A DNA stretch of 62,127 nt, filler included, from 6 parts of 6 records of this genome joined end to end with filler, not necessarily neighbours in it, one strand, 5' to 3'. Positions 27,649-39,471 are shown, numbered from the whole stretch's first letter. Program-made: numbers and translations. The notes: a model not told the origin generated them from the letters alone.

Positions 27649-30240
27649 ATGAAACAAAAAAACACAAAACTTATTCATTTTAAAACAAACCCCAATAGCC
27701 TGGCGAAGTTTGTATTTATTTTTTTGTTTTGTTTGTCGCTTAGTAGCTTTAATAGCATTAAAGCACAACAAAACATTGCCCCTGATGCAACAGTAACCAC
27801 ATCTTATGTGTCCGGATGGGAATCCTTGGAAGCTGTAAATGATGGTAACGTAGGTAGTAGTTCTACAGATAGAACTTACCCTATTTATGGTAACTGGGAC
27901 AGTTCCGGACAGTATAATTGGATAGAATATGAATGGCCAATTTCCGTTCTAATTCAATCGGTAAAAGTGTATTGGTTTACAGATAATGGAGGCTTATTGG
28001 CTCCTGATGATGCATATATCGAATGTTTTGTAAATGGAGAATGGTCTACAACAACTTATCCGGTATCAAATGTATTAGATCAATTCAATGAAGCAACTGT
28101 AGGCGTTACTACATCTAAAATAAGACTTCAAATGAAAAGCAATACCCAGTCTATAGGTATTGTTGAGTTTGAAGCTTATGGAGATGGAGATGCAGATTTT
28201 GAAGCTCCTACTGCATCTGGAACACCAATCATTGTAAGTACAGATGGAACAAACCTTACTTTAAAATTTGATCCTGCTACAGATAATACAGAAATTGCTG
28301 GATATGATATAGTTATTAATGATGAAGTTTACGAAACTTTAACCGATACCATTGGTACTATTTCAGGAATTCCTTCCAATCAATTGTGTTTATTAAAAGT
28401 AGTAGCTAAAGATGCTTCTGCAAACTCTGCATCTTCAGGTAGTGTATGGGTATACACCGGAGCTGAAACAGATCAGTTGACTTCTTTTGATTGGCCGGCA
28501 TATAGCCCTACAATTGCCTATGATTTCAGAGACGAATTTCCAAATATCGAGGAACCTACTGAGAACCTGGTAGATTGTGATAATATAGAAGGAACCATAT
28601 CTGATCGTTGGTGGTCCTTTGTATGGGGTAAAGATGCTCGTTCTGAGATTACCGAAGCAGCTATAACTCCAATGCTGGAAAGATTAAATACAGACTTTGC
28701 ATACTTTAGAGATGTTATGGGATGGCCACCGGATAAGCGAAACAAAAGAGGATATCGCAGTACTGTATATTTATATGGTTCTGGTTTATGTACTGATGAT
28801 GCCGATACGACTGCTTTAGGCGGATGGCAGGGAGCAACCTGGTTCGAAGATGAATCCTGGCCAATGATTCTGGCTTCTTATTATCCTATATATAGCTTTG
28901 ATCCTGAATGCCCTTATGGAGACAGAGAAGCACAAATGGGTGCGATGGTGCACGAAGGTATTCATGCTGTACTAGCAGATATGCCTGGTTGTAAAAACGC
29001 TGCATGGTTCCACGAAGGTGGAAATACCTGGTTACAACAAGAAATGGAGTCCAGAAGAACTGACGATTACAGCTCTATAGGTTTCTTAAATGCAACAAAC
29101 TTTATTGCTCCTTTTATGCCTATTGAATGTTACACCGGATGGTTACAAGATGGTAGCTTTGGTGGCCCTGCTGCTGAAGGTGTAAATATGTTTGAGGGAG
29201 ATCAACAAATCTGTACCTGGAGAAACTTACTAGGAGGAAACCAATATGGAAATGCTTTCCCTACATTTATGGGACAAGTTTTAGGAGATAAAAGTGTAGC
29301 CTGGGTATGGCGTAATAGTTCCAGTAGAGTTTTGGATGCTATTGCCGAAGGAATTGGCGAAATGCAAATTCGAAAATTAATTATGGAGTATAGAGCGAAA
29401 CAAGCTTTATTAGACCTAAAAGAGTGGACTGGCGCCTATAAAAACCTAATGAATTCTCAAGTAGGTATGACTATTAAAGAAGAATGGGAACCTGCATGGA
29501 TTTATCCGGAACCTTGGGTTGCTACTCCTTATGCCAGAACTGAATATAATAGCGAAACTAAAACATTAACTCCAGAAGCCAGAACAACTCCGGGATGGTC
29601 GGGTGGTAACCAGATTCCGTTAAATACTTCTGGTGCATCTATTGGTGATACCGTTTTAATAGACTTTATGCCCGAAAATAGTAATATGACTTGCCAGTTG
29701 TGTTATAGAGATACGGATGGTAACCCGGTATATGGTAAACCAGTATCTTCTGGCAAATGCGGTATTAAACTTGAAACATTACCTTCTAATAATGTTGTAA
29801 TAGCTGTAATAACTAATACTGACTATATTTATGAAGGTGAGGAAACCAGAAAGGCTCATTATAATTATAAAATACAATTGCTTAAAGGTGTGTACCGCAA
29901 AGCAAGTGTTTACAAAAGATGGTATAATTATGATGAAGCTATTGTTGATGTAGTGGATGATCCATTTACCGCAATTGATGAAGATGGAGAAAACAAGCTT
30001 AATTCATTAACGATTCCAAGCCTGGCTCCAATTAATAACAAAGATTACCAACTTCAAAATTTATCTAATGAAGAAAACTCTATAAAGATATTTGACTTAG
30101 TTGGTAATGTTGTTTATATGGATGTATTTAATGATACAGACTACTATATCAATTCATCGGTACTTCCTAATAGTGGAATGTATATAGTAGTTGCTATGTC
30201 AGCAGGTGAAAAATATACTTACAAAATTAAAAAGAGATAA
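27649..30240 (+). CDS. Secreted HExxH metallopeptidase-like protein (discoidin/F5-8-like + FN3 + catalytic domain + probable T9SS CTD)
   Basis: Signal peptide; LEAVNDG...WIEYEW...EFEAYG; APTA...ATDNTEIAGY FN3; VHEGIH + WFHEGG; IKIFDLVG...GMYIV C-terminus. Confidence 0.7.
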   Translation: MKQKNTKLIHFKTNPNSLAKFVFIFLFCLSLSSFNSIKAQQNIAPDATVTTSYVSGWESLEAVNDGNVGSSSTDRTYPIYGNWDSSGQYNWIEYEWPISVLIQSVKVYWFTDNGGLLAPDDAYIECFVNGEWSTTTYPVSNVLDQFNEATVGVTTSKIRLQMKSNTQSIGIVEFEAYGDGDADFEAPTASGTPIIVSTDGTNLTLKFDPATDNTEIAGYDIVINDEVYETLTDTIGTISGIPSNQLCLLKVVAKDASANSASSGSVWVYTGAETDQLTSFDWPAYSPTIAYDFRDEFPNIEEPTENLVDCDNIEGTISDRWWSFVWGKDARSEITEAAITPMLERLNTDFAYFRDVMGWPPDKRNKRGYRSTVYLYGSGLCTDDADTTALGGWQGATWFEDESWPMILASYYPIYSFDPECPYGDREAQMGAMVHEGIHAVLADMPGCKNAAWFHEGGNTWLQQEMESRRTDDYSSIGFLNATNFIAPFMPIECYTGWLQDGSFGGPAAEGVNMFEGDQQICTWRNLLGGNQYGNAFPTFMGQVLGDKSVAWVWRNSSSRVLDAIAEGIGEMQIRKLIMEYRAKQALLDLKEWTGAYKNLMNSQVGMTIKEEWEPAWIYPEPWVATPYARTEYNSETKTLTPEARTTPGWSGGNQIPLNTSGASIGDTVLIDFMPENSNMTCQLCYRDTDGNPVYGKPVSSGKCGIKLETLPSNNVVIAVITNTDYIYEGEETRKAHYNYKIQLLKGVYRKASVYKRWYNYDEAIVDVVDDPFTAIDEDGENKLNSLTIPSLAPINNKDYQLQNLSNEENSIKIFDLVGNVVYMDVFNDTDYYINSSVLPNSGMYIVVAMSAGEKYTYKIKKR

Positions 30241-30272
30241 TAAATTCACTCAACTGATTTAAGTTTTAACTA

Positions 30273-30300
30273 AAGAGGCTGACCATTTGGGTCAGCCTCT
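30273..30300. terminator. Bidirectional terminator between convergent T9SS cargo genes
   Basis: AGAGGCTGACC-ATTTG-GGTCAGCCTCT. Confidence 0.8.
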
Positions 30301-30318
30301 TCTATTTTTCTGAAAATA

Positions 30319-33300
30319 CTATTTAATAATTAATTTAACGTAATTCGATCCTGCTTTTAAGACATAAATCCCTTTAGCCAGGTTCGCAACATTTATGGTT
30401 TCTTTATCTTGATCAGAAACTTTAACTTGTTTTACTTTTTTTCCAGCAAAATCATAGATATCTACAATTCCACTAAAAGTCTTTGCAAACTGTAGTGTAA
30501 TCTCATCAAATGCTGGGTTTGGATAACACTTAAACACTCCATCATCAATTCCTGTACTTACATTAGAAGTTACCATAAGCAATGTGGTATTAATAGCTAA
30601 ATCTTCTCCTCCAACAATAAAAGCTGTTGATTCCGTTGAATAATAACCATCTTTTCCAACCATATAATTATAAATCCCATCCGATAAGCTTACTACTACT
30701 TGTCCGCTAGAATTTGTCGATCCAACAACATTGCCATTTATTGAAACCTCTGCACCAACTATAACACTAGAGCTTTCTTCATCTTTTATTGTAAAAGTTA
30801 TCAGATGTGAATTCGTTAATTCAATAGTTACCGGACTACTCAAAGGATTAAATAAGCCTACAACCTCCTCTGAGGCATCCGAATACATAAAATCATAGAA
30901 AGTATGAATACTACCTTCTCTGCTGGTACGTTTTATTGGTAATGGCAGCGAAACCTCTCCGCTCTCATTACTGCTAAGTATGGCAATCAGTCTATCTTTA
31001 ACACTATTTTCGTCGTTCCTATATTTGGCAATAATTCCAAAACTAATTGAAGCAGGCGAACCATTAACTAAAGTATTAAAGGTAGTTGGTGTCAGCAAGA
31101 TATCTTCAGATCCATCGCCACTTACATTTAAACTTCCTTGTTTAAAAATATGATCAAAAGGATTGGTATCCGTATTCCCTTCTCCATCAATGTCAAAATA
31201 AGTGAATGTTTCTCCTCCGATGGTTAATGTTTCCGGGGTTCCAAATGTATGAACGGTATAATCATAATCGCCATCAGGTAAATTCATCATTACCTGACCT
31301 GATGCATTGGTAACTTCGGAAATATTTCCGATTGAAATGGTTGCTCCCTGCACTGCAACTCCTCCTGAAGTTAAATTAAAGGTAACATCACTATAAACCG
31401 GAAGTGCAATATTCACAGGACTAACCCCTGGATCAAAAGCACCACTTACATCACCTGTTGGACTTACATACATATAATTATTCAACACCATTAATCCTCC
31501 ATCTTCTACCACTACAAATAAATGCGAAGGCAATGGAATTTCCAGCGAACCATTAGATGCTGTTGTTGCTGAAATTAAGGTTACTTCATGTACTTCCCAG
31601 TTACCTATAGCATCATCTGCCGTAATATTAAATGTTGCTGATGCTGATGATCCTCCAACCGTTGTATTAAAGGTGGTGGTTTGTAAAGCTACACTTTCAC
31701 TGGTAGCACCACTAACAGAAATTGGCTCATTATAAACGAATACATTATCAAATACTTTCAGATAACTTTCGTAATCTTCATTATATGTGATCATTTCGCC
31801 TCCAATGTACAACACCTCTGGTGTTCCTGAGATAAATACCGAGTAATTATATTCACCAGCCGGTAATGATAATACAGCCTGACCTGATGCATTTGTTTGT
31901 GCTGTCAGACTATTAATGCCTACCGACACTCCTTCTACAGCCTGTCCGCCTGCAGTTACAGTAAAAGTAATATCATTCAATCCTGGTAGCATAATATTAA
32001 TTGGGGAATCTGAAGGATCAAATAAACCATAAACAATTCCCGCCAAATCGGTATAGGTATAGCTATAAAATTCTAAAATATTAAAATCACGATTTGTTCT
32101 ATGCGTTGGTAATGGCACTTCTACAACTCCTGCTGAAGAGCTTGATGTTGTTACAATGGTTTTTCGTTTTTGATCTCCTCCCTGATTTACATATGCTGCA
32201 GATATACTAAACTGAAGTTCTGAAGGAGAACCACCAGCACTGGTGTTAAAGGTAGTAGTTTGAAGACTTACATTTTCACTTGTATTACCACTCACATTTA
32301 CTTGTCCTATAGCAAAAACATTATCATAGGCATTAGGATCTCCATATGTTCCATGGTCAAAATAGGAGAATGTCATGTCTCCTAGCTGAATGACTTCCGG
32401 AGTACCATATAGTAACACCACATAATCAATATTTCCTTCCGGCAAATTCATTACGGCAACACCTGAAGCGTTAGTCATAGCTGAGCTATTTTCAGTCATT
32501 ACCGTTATTCCTTCTACAGGTTCTCCTGCTGCAGTAACAGTAAAAGTGACTTCTCTTAATCCACTTACAGCAATGGCAACAGGGTCTGCTGCAGGCACAA
32601 ATGTTCCACTTACAGAACCTGCAGATGCCGAATAAATGTACTCAGTAAACTCATAAACATCTCCTCTTCGGCTATCTCGATATGTTGGTAAGGGAATTGT
32701 TAATGTTCCTTCGGCATTAGTACTTATTGCAATTAACTCTTTTGTTTTACTAAAATCGTAAGTACCAATTACACTAAAATCAGCACTTCCCGCACTACCA
32801 TCAACTGTCGTATTAAATGTGGTTACTGGTAACGTAACATCTTCTGATGTATTACCATTCACAATTAAACCGGCATCATATACAAATATATTATCGTAAG
32901 GATCTTCTCCTTCATTTCCATTTCCATCAGTATCCGAATAGGTAATAATCTCTCCGCCGATAGCAATTGATTCCGGTGACCCGGTTGAATATATCGAATA
33001 TGTATAACTTCCATTAGGAATTTCTAAAACAACCTGACCCGAAGAATTAGTTTTACCTTTTGCTTCACCTACCGCAACAGTAATACCTGATACATTTTCT
33101 CCATTGGCAGTAACAGTAAAGGTAACCTCACTATAGGCATTCAAAGCTACAGCTACAGGACTGGATTCCGGATTAAAAGTATTTGAAAGCGTTTCGAAAC
33201 CATCCCAAAACTGGTAATTATTAAATGCCAAAATATTTCCCTGACGATCTGTTCGATGGGTAGGAATAGGTACACTTATCTCACCTTCTTGATTGCTCAT

Positions 33301-34977
33301 CAATTCAGTAATCAATTTGGATTGGACTATTTCCTGAGCATTTGTATAATCAGCTGTTACTTTAAACTCCACAGATTCTGCAACACCACCAACAGTGGTA
33401 TTAAATGTTGTAGTAGTTAAAGCTACTTCTTCAGTCATTTCGTCTGTAACATCCAATGTAGCATCAAAAACAAAAATATTGTCATAGGGATCATCTCCTT
33501 CATTTCCATTTCCATCAATATCCTGAAAAACAACTACGTTTCCTCCTATAGTTAAAACTTCAGGCGAACCATCAGAAAAAATGGAGTAACTATTTGCTCC
33601 TGCAGCAAGCCAAAGATGTGCATTACCTGAAGCATCCGTTTTCGTTTGCTGATCATCTACAATTACATTAATTCCTTCTACAGCATTGGCTCCCGAAGTT
33701 ACATGAAAGGTGACATCATACAGCATTGGTATATCAATAGTAACAGGACTTGAAAGAGGATCAAAAACATCACTAATCACTCCATTATTGTATGTATAAT
33801 TATATTCTGTGAATTCAAACAAATCTCCTCGCCTGCTATTACGGTGAGTGGGTATAGGTAGTGAAACAACACCTGATTCGTTTGAAGTAACACTAACTAT
33901 TGTTTTATTTTTCGATCCACTATAAGTACCAACTATATCAAACATTAGTGATGCAGCGCTACCTGACAAGCTAGTATTAAAAGTAACGGCTTCTAAAACT
34001 ATATTTTCTGAAACATTTCCCCCTGTAACTGTTATGAAACCCTCATAAATAAATATATTATCATAAGGATCCACTTCTCCTGAGGTTCTACCTGGTTCAT
34101 CCAAATAAGTATATGTTTCGCCACCAATTATTACTGTTTCCGGAGTTCCTTTGGTATATACATTATAGGTGTGTTCTCCATCTGCCAAAGTTAAAGTAAC
34201 CTCTCCAGAACTATTAGTTTTAGCTTTATTCCCATTTATATCTAACGTTATACCTTCAATGGCCTCATCTCCTGCCATTAATGTAAAAACAACCTCATTT
34301 AATACAGGAGCAGCGATACTAACCGGGGATGCAGAAGGATCGAAGGTATTGGAAACGCTTCCATAGATATCATAATACATATAATCAAATAAATCTAAGA
34401 TTTCTCCATTCCGGTCATCTCTTTGTATAGGTATAGGAAGTGAATAATCACCATTACTATCACTCATTCCTATAGATAACAATTTGCTTTTTAAACTTCC
34501 GGAACTATTATAATAGGATGCACTAATATAAAATCCCAAAGCAGCATTGCTTCCTGCTATAGTTGTTTTAAATGTAGTTTCATTCAAAGATACATCTATA
34601 GCAGCATCTGCACTAACGATAAGTTCTTGTTGTGCAACAAAAATATTATCATACGGATCTTCATTTTCATCGCCGTTACCATCGATATCTTTATATTCTA
34701 TGCTTTTGTCTCCTATTTGGATGACTTCCGGTGTACCTTTGGTTTTAACCATATAACTATACTCTCCGGCAGACAAATACATGATGGCTACTCCACTGGC
34801 ATTTGTGGGGATTTCTAAACCTTCGACAGCTACATATATACCTTTAACAGGTTCTCCTCCCGAAGTTACATTAAAGGTTATTTTATGTTGTGAAAAAAGG
34901 TTTGTCGTCACAAAAGACGATACAATCAGAATGATGAACCAGGCAATTATCCTGTTCTTGAGATATAAGTTTTTCAT
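30319..34977 (-). CDS. Large T9SS-secreted surface protein with seven ~195-aa repeats
   Basis: Signal peptide; repeats begin at aa ~31, 227, 421, 617, 809, 1002, 1197; CTD CYPNPA...IYDFAGK...LAKGIYVLK...KLIIK. Confidence 0.85.
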   Translation of the reverse strand: MKNLYLKNRIIAWFIILIVSSFVTTNLFSQHKITFNVTSGGEPVKGIYVAVEGLEIPTNASGVAIMYLSAGEYSYMVKTKGTPEVIQIGDKSIEYKDIDGNGDENEDPYDNIFVAQQELIVSADAAIDVSLNETTFKTTIAGSNAALGFYISASYYNSSGSLKSKLLSIGMSDSNGDYSLPIPIQRDDRNGEILDLFDYMYYDIYGSVSNTFDPSASPVSIAAPVLNEVVFTLMAGDEAIEGITLDINGNKAKTNSSGEVTLTLADGEHTYNVYTKGTPETVIIGGETYTYLDEPGRTSGEVDPYDNIFIYEGFITVTGGNVSENIVLEAVTFNTSLSGSAASLMFDIVGTYSGSKNKTIVSVTSNESGVVSLPIPTHRNSRRGDLFEFTEYNYTYNNGVISDVFDPLSSPVTIDIPMLYDVTFHVTSGANAVEGINVIVDDQQTKTDASGNAHLWLAAGANSYSIFSDGSPEVLTIGGNVVVFQDIDGNGNEGDDPYDNIFVFDATLDVTDEMTEEVALTTTTFNTTVGGVAESVEFKVTADYTNAQEIVQSKLITELMSNQEGEISVPIPTHRTDRQGNILAFNNYQFWDGFETLSNTFNPESSPVAVALNAYSEVTFTVTANGENVSGITVAVGEAKGKTNSSGQVVLEIPNGSYTYSIYSTGSPESIAIGGEIITYSDTDGNGNEGEDPYDNIFVYDAGLIVNGNTSEDVTLPVTTFNTTVDGSAGSADFSVIGTYDFSKTKELIAISTNAEGTLTIPLPTYRDSRRGDVYEFTEYIYSASAGSVSGTFVPAADPVAIAVSGLREVTFTVTAAGEPVEGITVMTENSSAMTNASGVAVMNLPEGNIDYVVLLYGTPEVIQLGDMTFSYFDHGTYGDPNAYDNVFAIGQVNVSGNTSENVSLQTTTFNTSAGGSPSELQFSISAAYVNQGGDQKRKTIVTTSSSSAGVVEVPLPTHRTNRDFNILEFYSYTYTDLAGIVYGLFDPSDSPINIMLPGLNDITFTVTAGGQAVEGVSVGINSLTAQTNASGQAVLSLPAGEYNYSVFISGTPEVLYIGGEMITYNEDYESYLKVFDNVFVYNEPISVSGATSESVALQTTTFNTTVGGSSASATFNITADDAIGNWEVHEVTLISATTASNGSLEIPLPSHLFVVVEDGGLMVLNNYMYVSPTGDVSGAFDPGVSPVNIALPVYSDVTFNLTSGGVAVQGATISIGNISEVTNASGQVMMNLPDGDYDYTVHTFGTPETLTIGGETFTYFDIDGEGNTDTNPFDHIFKQGSLNVSGDGSEDILLTPTTFNTLVNGSPASISFGIIAKYRNDENSVKDRLIAILSSNESGEVSLPLPIKRTSREGSIHTFYDFMYSDASEEVVGLFNPLSSPVTIELTNSHLITFTIKDEESSSVIVGAEVSINGNVVGSTNSSGQVVVSLSDGIYNYMVGKDGYYSTESTAFIVGGEDLAINTTLLMVTSNVSTGIDDGVFKCYPNPAFDEITLQFAKTFSGIVDIYDFAGKKVKQVKVSDQDKETINVANLAKGIYVLKAGSNYVKLIIK

Positions 34978-35117
34978 GTGAATAAATTTTAGAATTCATA
35001 AGCCACATGAATTTACGATAGATATATTTAAATGTAAATAGGAAGTTAATTTCTAAAACAAATGAATTAAAGCATCTTATATTCTAATTTGGATTTTTAC
35101 ATTTGGGAAAATGTACC

Positions 35118-38100
35118 TTAACTTTCTTTGCTTAATGTAAAATTAAAGGTGGTTCCTTTACCTGCCTGACTTTCTACCCAAATTTCACCTTTGTTTTGTT
35201 CCACAAACTCTTTACAAATCACTAAACCTAAACCCGTTCCTCTCTCTCCTTGGGTTCCTTTTGAACTTGAAACCCCTTCTTTAAATAACTTTGGAATTAA
35301 AGTGTCTGGTAAACCAACTCCATTATCTGCAATAGAAACCTGTATTTTATCCTTATGATGTTTTGCTAATATGGTAATTTCACCACCATCTCTGGTAAAT
35401 TTTATGGCATTGCTAAGTAAATTTCTAATTACGGTGGTAATCATATCCTTATCTGCATACACTTTCAATTCTGGATCTATATCAATGTTGTATGCAATAT
35501 TTTTGAGTTTTCTATTGTCTTTTAGTAAATCTGATGTTTCTTGAATAGCTTCATTTAAACTAAAATTTACAGGCTCATATTTAACACTTTTAGACTACGC
35601 TCTTGTCCAAGTAAGTAGGTTACTAAGTAAATTATAAATTCTTCTGCTGGATACCTTTATAGTATTTAACATTTGCATTCTGTCCTCATCCTCTAATTCA
35701 TAATAATCTTCTTTAAATATTTCTATAAAACCTAATAATGAATTAAATGGATTTATTAAATCATGAGCAATGATAGATATTAATCGATCCTTGGTAGTAT
35801 TTAACTTATTAAGTTCAGAATTGGCCTTTTTTAAATTATCAGATTGTTCCAAAAGCAACTTTGATTGCGCCTCAATTTTAGCTTGACGCTTTTCCAGTGT
35901 ATTATTTAGATCTATAAGATATTCTGCCTGACTTTGGAGCTCTGCATTACTTTCTTGCAGTTCCAGTGTTTTTTCTTTCACCTGCTCTTCTAACACAAAT
36001 CTCTGAAGCTCCAAATGTCTGGTTCTCATCCATATAACAAGTGAAAGCATCACTATAATCAAAGCGAATGCGACAACTTTAAAAAGAGGTGTTAAGTACC
36101 AGGGAGGCATAACATCTATTACTAATTGACGATAATTAGGGTTCCAAACACCATCATTATTCGCAGCCATTACTTTAAATATATATTTCCCAGGAGATAA
36201 ATTTGTGTAGGTAACACTCCCTCGTCCTTTAACTTTGCTCCAATTATCATCAAATCCTTCTAATAAATACGAGTATGTATTTTTTTCCGGATTAATAAAA
36301 TTTACAGCTTTAAAGTCAATGGTGAACACATTTTGACTATATAACAATGATACTTTAGGCGCCGTTAAAATACTTTCCTCAATGATTTCCGGATTCTTCT
36401 TATAACTCACAGATTTATTGAACATCCTAAAATCAGTTAATACAACATCTGGTGGTAAATCATTATAAACTAACTCTTCCGGATTAAAAATGGTTAATCC
36501 ATCCACACCTCCAAACATTAAAGTATTTGTATAATCGTTTTTATACATGGAACGCACAATATATTCCGATACACCTAAACCATCATCATAATTAAACTCT
36601 TTCAATTTATTTGTTTGAGGATTTAATTGAAAGAGTGCAGAAGATGTGCTTACCCAAACATTTCCTTTATTATCATCTATAATACCACAAACAGATTGCC
36701 CTTTAAGATAGTTTGTAAAACTATCACTCTGAGAATTATATCTGGATAATCCTCTGGAAGTTCCAACCCATAAAATTTTAGATTTATCCCTAAACAAAAC
36801 AAATACCTGGTTGTCTGCAATGGCATTTGAATCATTATTTAATGTATAATAATTTTTAAACTGACTGGTGTTTTTATCTAATCGACTAAGTCCCCAAGCT
36901 GTTGCCACCCATAAATTATCATGAGGCCCGTACGACATATGAAAAACCCAATCATTACTCAGGTTACTATTTTCAGAGTTGTAGTTATTAAAGGTATGTC
37001 CATCGTAAAAATCAACCCCTTTTCCATGAACTGCAAACCAATAACAACTATCTTGTGTCTTTAAAATACAACGTATATCATTTCCTGATATGGACGAGCT
37101 ATCCTCGTATTCTTGCTTTAATCTTTTTACCAATTGGTAATTCTCATCATAAAAATGTAATCCCTGATCGTATACCGATACAATCATCTGATTTTGGTAC
37201 CCTTTATCAATAGAAATAATGCTACCTTTTTCAAGGCCATCTTTTCCTGATTCCAATCTATCCATTTTGGCATTAGTCCAATCCACAATATCTATACCTC
37301 CATTGTAGCTACCCGACCAAAGCCTGCCTAAATGATCCTCCTGAACTGCAGAAAAATCTATATTTACAGTATGGAAAAATTCATATTCATCACTATTTAA
37401 TACCTGAAATCCTCTGTCTACAACACTTAAGCCTAAACCTCCAGGATAATGCATTACCCAGTAATTTCCCTGTTTATCCTGAAAAACACCTCTACTACCT
37501 CCTCTTATTGAGAAATTACTTTTGCCTGGATAATATCCATAGAAATCCCCTGTTGATTCATCGAAATGCTTAATACCCGTATAATCTGCAGTCCATATAT
37601 TTTCCTGCTTATCTTTATAAATAAACAGTACGTTATTGGTATCTGGATCTGAATTTAGAAGAGTTTTTAATTGCTTTTTTTGCATATCATAAGCGAAAAC
37701 TCCCTGGCCTTTAGTTGAAATATACAGAATGTTATTTTTACTTATCATTCCAGTAACCGCCTCCAAAGGTATACCTTGAGGGATATGGCTAAATTCAAGA
37801 AGTCCGTCCTTTTCACTATAGTAGAATAATCCTGGCGATTTTTCCACTCCAATCCACATTGAATTATCTTCATTTAGTAAAAAACATGTAATTCCTTCTT
37901 TGACCGAGACAATAGTATAAAACGTGTCTTTAACAGCATCGTACCTGTTAATTCCGGAATAAGTAGCCAAAACTACATCCCCATTTTCATCCTCGCTAAT
38001 TTGTTTAATATGGCTTTCTTTAAGCCCTTTAGTATCTTCATTATAAACTATTCGACGAAAATACCCTTTTCTAAAATCATACTTAGCTAAACCGTTTGTA

Positions 38101-38396
38101 CCTCCAACCCAAAGGTCTCCTGCTTTAGTTGTATATAAATCGGTTATGGAAGCACCTGGAATAGTGGTTGAATCATTAGGTATAAAATCAAAAGCCTTTA
38201 TATGGTTTTCACATATTCGGTTTAATCCATTAGTGGTACCAGCCCATATAAATCCCATCGTATCCTGCTCAACACAACTTATATAAATGCTCGATAAACC
38301 ATCCTGTTTGGTAAAATATTTAAATTTTAAATCAATAGAATCTGCATAAACTACACAACCCCAAAGAATAAAAATACTGACCAACAATTTTTTCAT
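35118..38396 (-). pseudogene. Beta-propeller/Y_Y_Y sensor histidine kinase interrupted by one in-frame TAG (35595-35597)
   Basis: Reg_prop repeats, YTNLSPGKY, TM, HisKA IIAHDLINP. After the TAG the same frame continues SKSVKYEP...RNLLSNAIKFT...DNGVG...GTGLGL to 35118. Confidence 0.85.
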
Positions 38397-38508
38397 TTAT
38401 CCCAAACTTTAACACAACTTAATAATGTACGCAATTCAACAAGGAATAGTTCTGATTTATTTAGATAAATAATCGAATGCTATTATTATCCATACTTAAC
38501 TACTAATA

Positions 38509-39432
38509 TTATAATCTAATTTTATATTTTTTTAGTCTCTCATCCAGCATTTTCGATGGTATAATAGACTTTACAGTATCAGCCACAGCATTTATCATTC
38601 TCTCTTTTATAAAATTCTTTTTTATCACTACCGATATTTCTCTGATAGCCGGTGGATCCATAATCTCTCTTACATTCTTTCGCTGTTCCTCTGTAAGATA
38701 ATCCAAATGTAACTCCGGAATAACAGAATATCCGCCATTTATATCTACAATACGCACAAGTGTATCAATACTTCCTGCTTCAAAAGTATGATTATAAGGC
38801 ATTGTTGTGGTACAAAAATTAAAAATCTGATCTCTAATACAATGTCCTTCTTCCAGAATCCAAAGGTTATCCTGAGGCATATCTTCTGCAGAAAGCGGTA
38901 CATCAATATGTGGATGATCTTTAGAAAAATAAGCCACAAATTTTTCATAATAGAGTGGAATTTCATAAAAATCCTCTACCTCCAGTGGTGTAGCTGCAAT
39001 AAACATATCAACTTTTTCATGTTTAAGGGCTTCAATTAAGGTTTCCGTATTCATCTCAGACAAACTCAATTGTACTTCTTTGTATTTCTCCCCGAATGTT
39101 TTTATAAACGAAGGAATCAAATAAGGCGACAATGTTGGAATAACGCCTACATGTAATGGGCCGGATAAAGATTCCGTTTCAGCAAATACCAATTCCGAAA
39201 CTTTTCGCATCTCTCGAATGGTGCTTTCGGCTTGCTCTATAATTCGCTTTCCAATAGGTGTTGGCTCAACCGGATGTTTGGTTCTGTCAAAAATTGTCAC
39301 ATCCAATTCCGTTTCTAATTTTTGAATCATCATACTAAGTGTAGGTTGCTTAACTCCACAAGCTTCTGAAGCAGCCACAAAGTGCCTGTATTTATCGACT
39401 GCTATAATGTATTCTAATTGTTGAAATGTCAT
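38509..39432 (-). CDS. oxyR: Hydrogen-peroxide-sensing LysR regulator OxyR
   Basis: LysR HTH (QPTLSMMIQKLE), GVIPT, redox Cys pair GHCIRDQIFNFC. Confidence 0.92.
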   Translation of the reverse strand: MTFQQLEYIIAVDKYRHFVAASEACGVKQPTLSMMIQKLETELDVTIFDRTKHPVEPTPIGKRIIEQAESTIREMRKVSELVFAETESLSGPLHVGVIPTLSPYLIPSFIKTFGEKYKEVQLSLSEMNTETLIEALKHEKVDMFIAATPLEVEDFYEIPLYYEKFVAYFSKDHPHIDVPLSAEDMPQDNLWILEEGHCIRDQIFNFCTTTMPYNHTFEAGSIDTLVRIVDINGGYSVIPELHLDYLTEEQRKNVREIMDPPAIREISVVIKKNFIKERMINAVADTVKSIIPSKMLDERLKKYKIRL

Positions 39433-39435
39433 GAT

Positions 39436-39471
39436 ATAGATTTTATTTATACAAATATAGAAAATATCTGT
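39436..39471. promoter_or_regulatory. Putative OxyR binding site in divergent promoter
   Basis: ATAG-N7-TTAT-N6-ATAG-N7-CTGT resembles the OxyR ATAG-N7-CTAT tetrad array. Confidence 0.6.
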
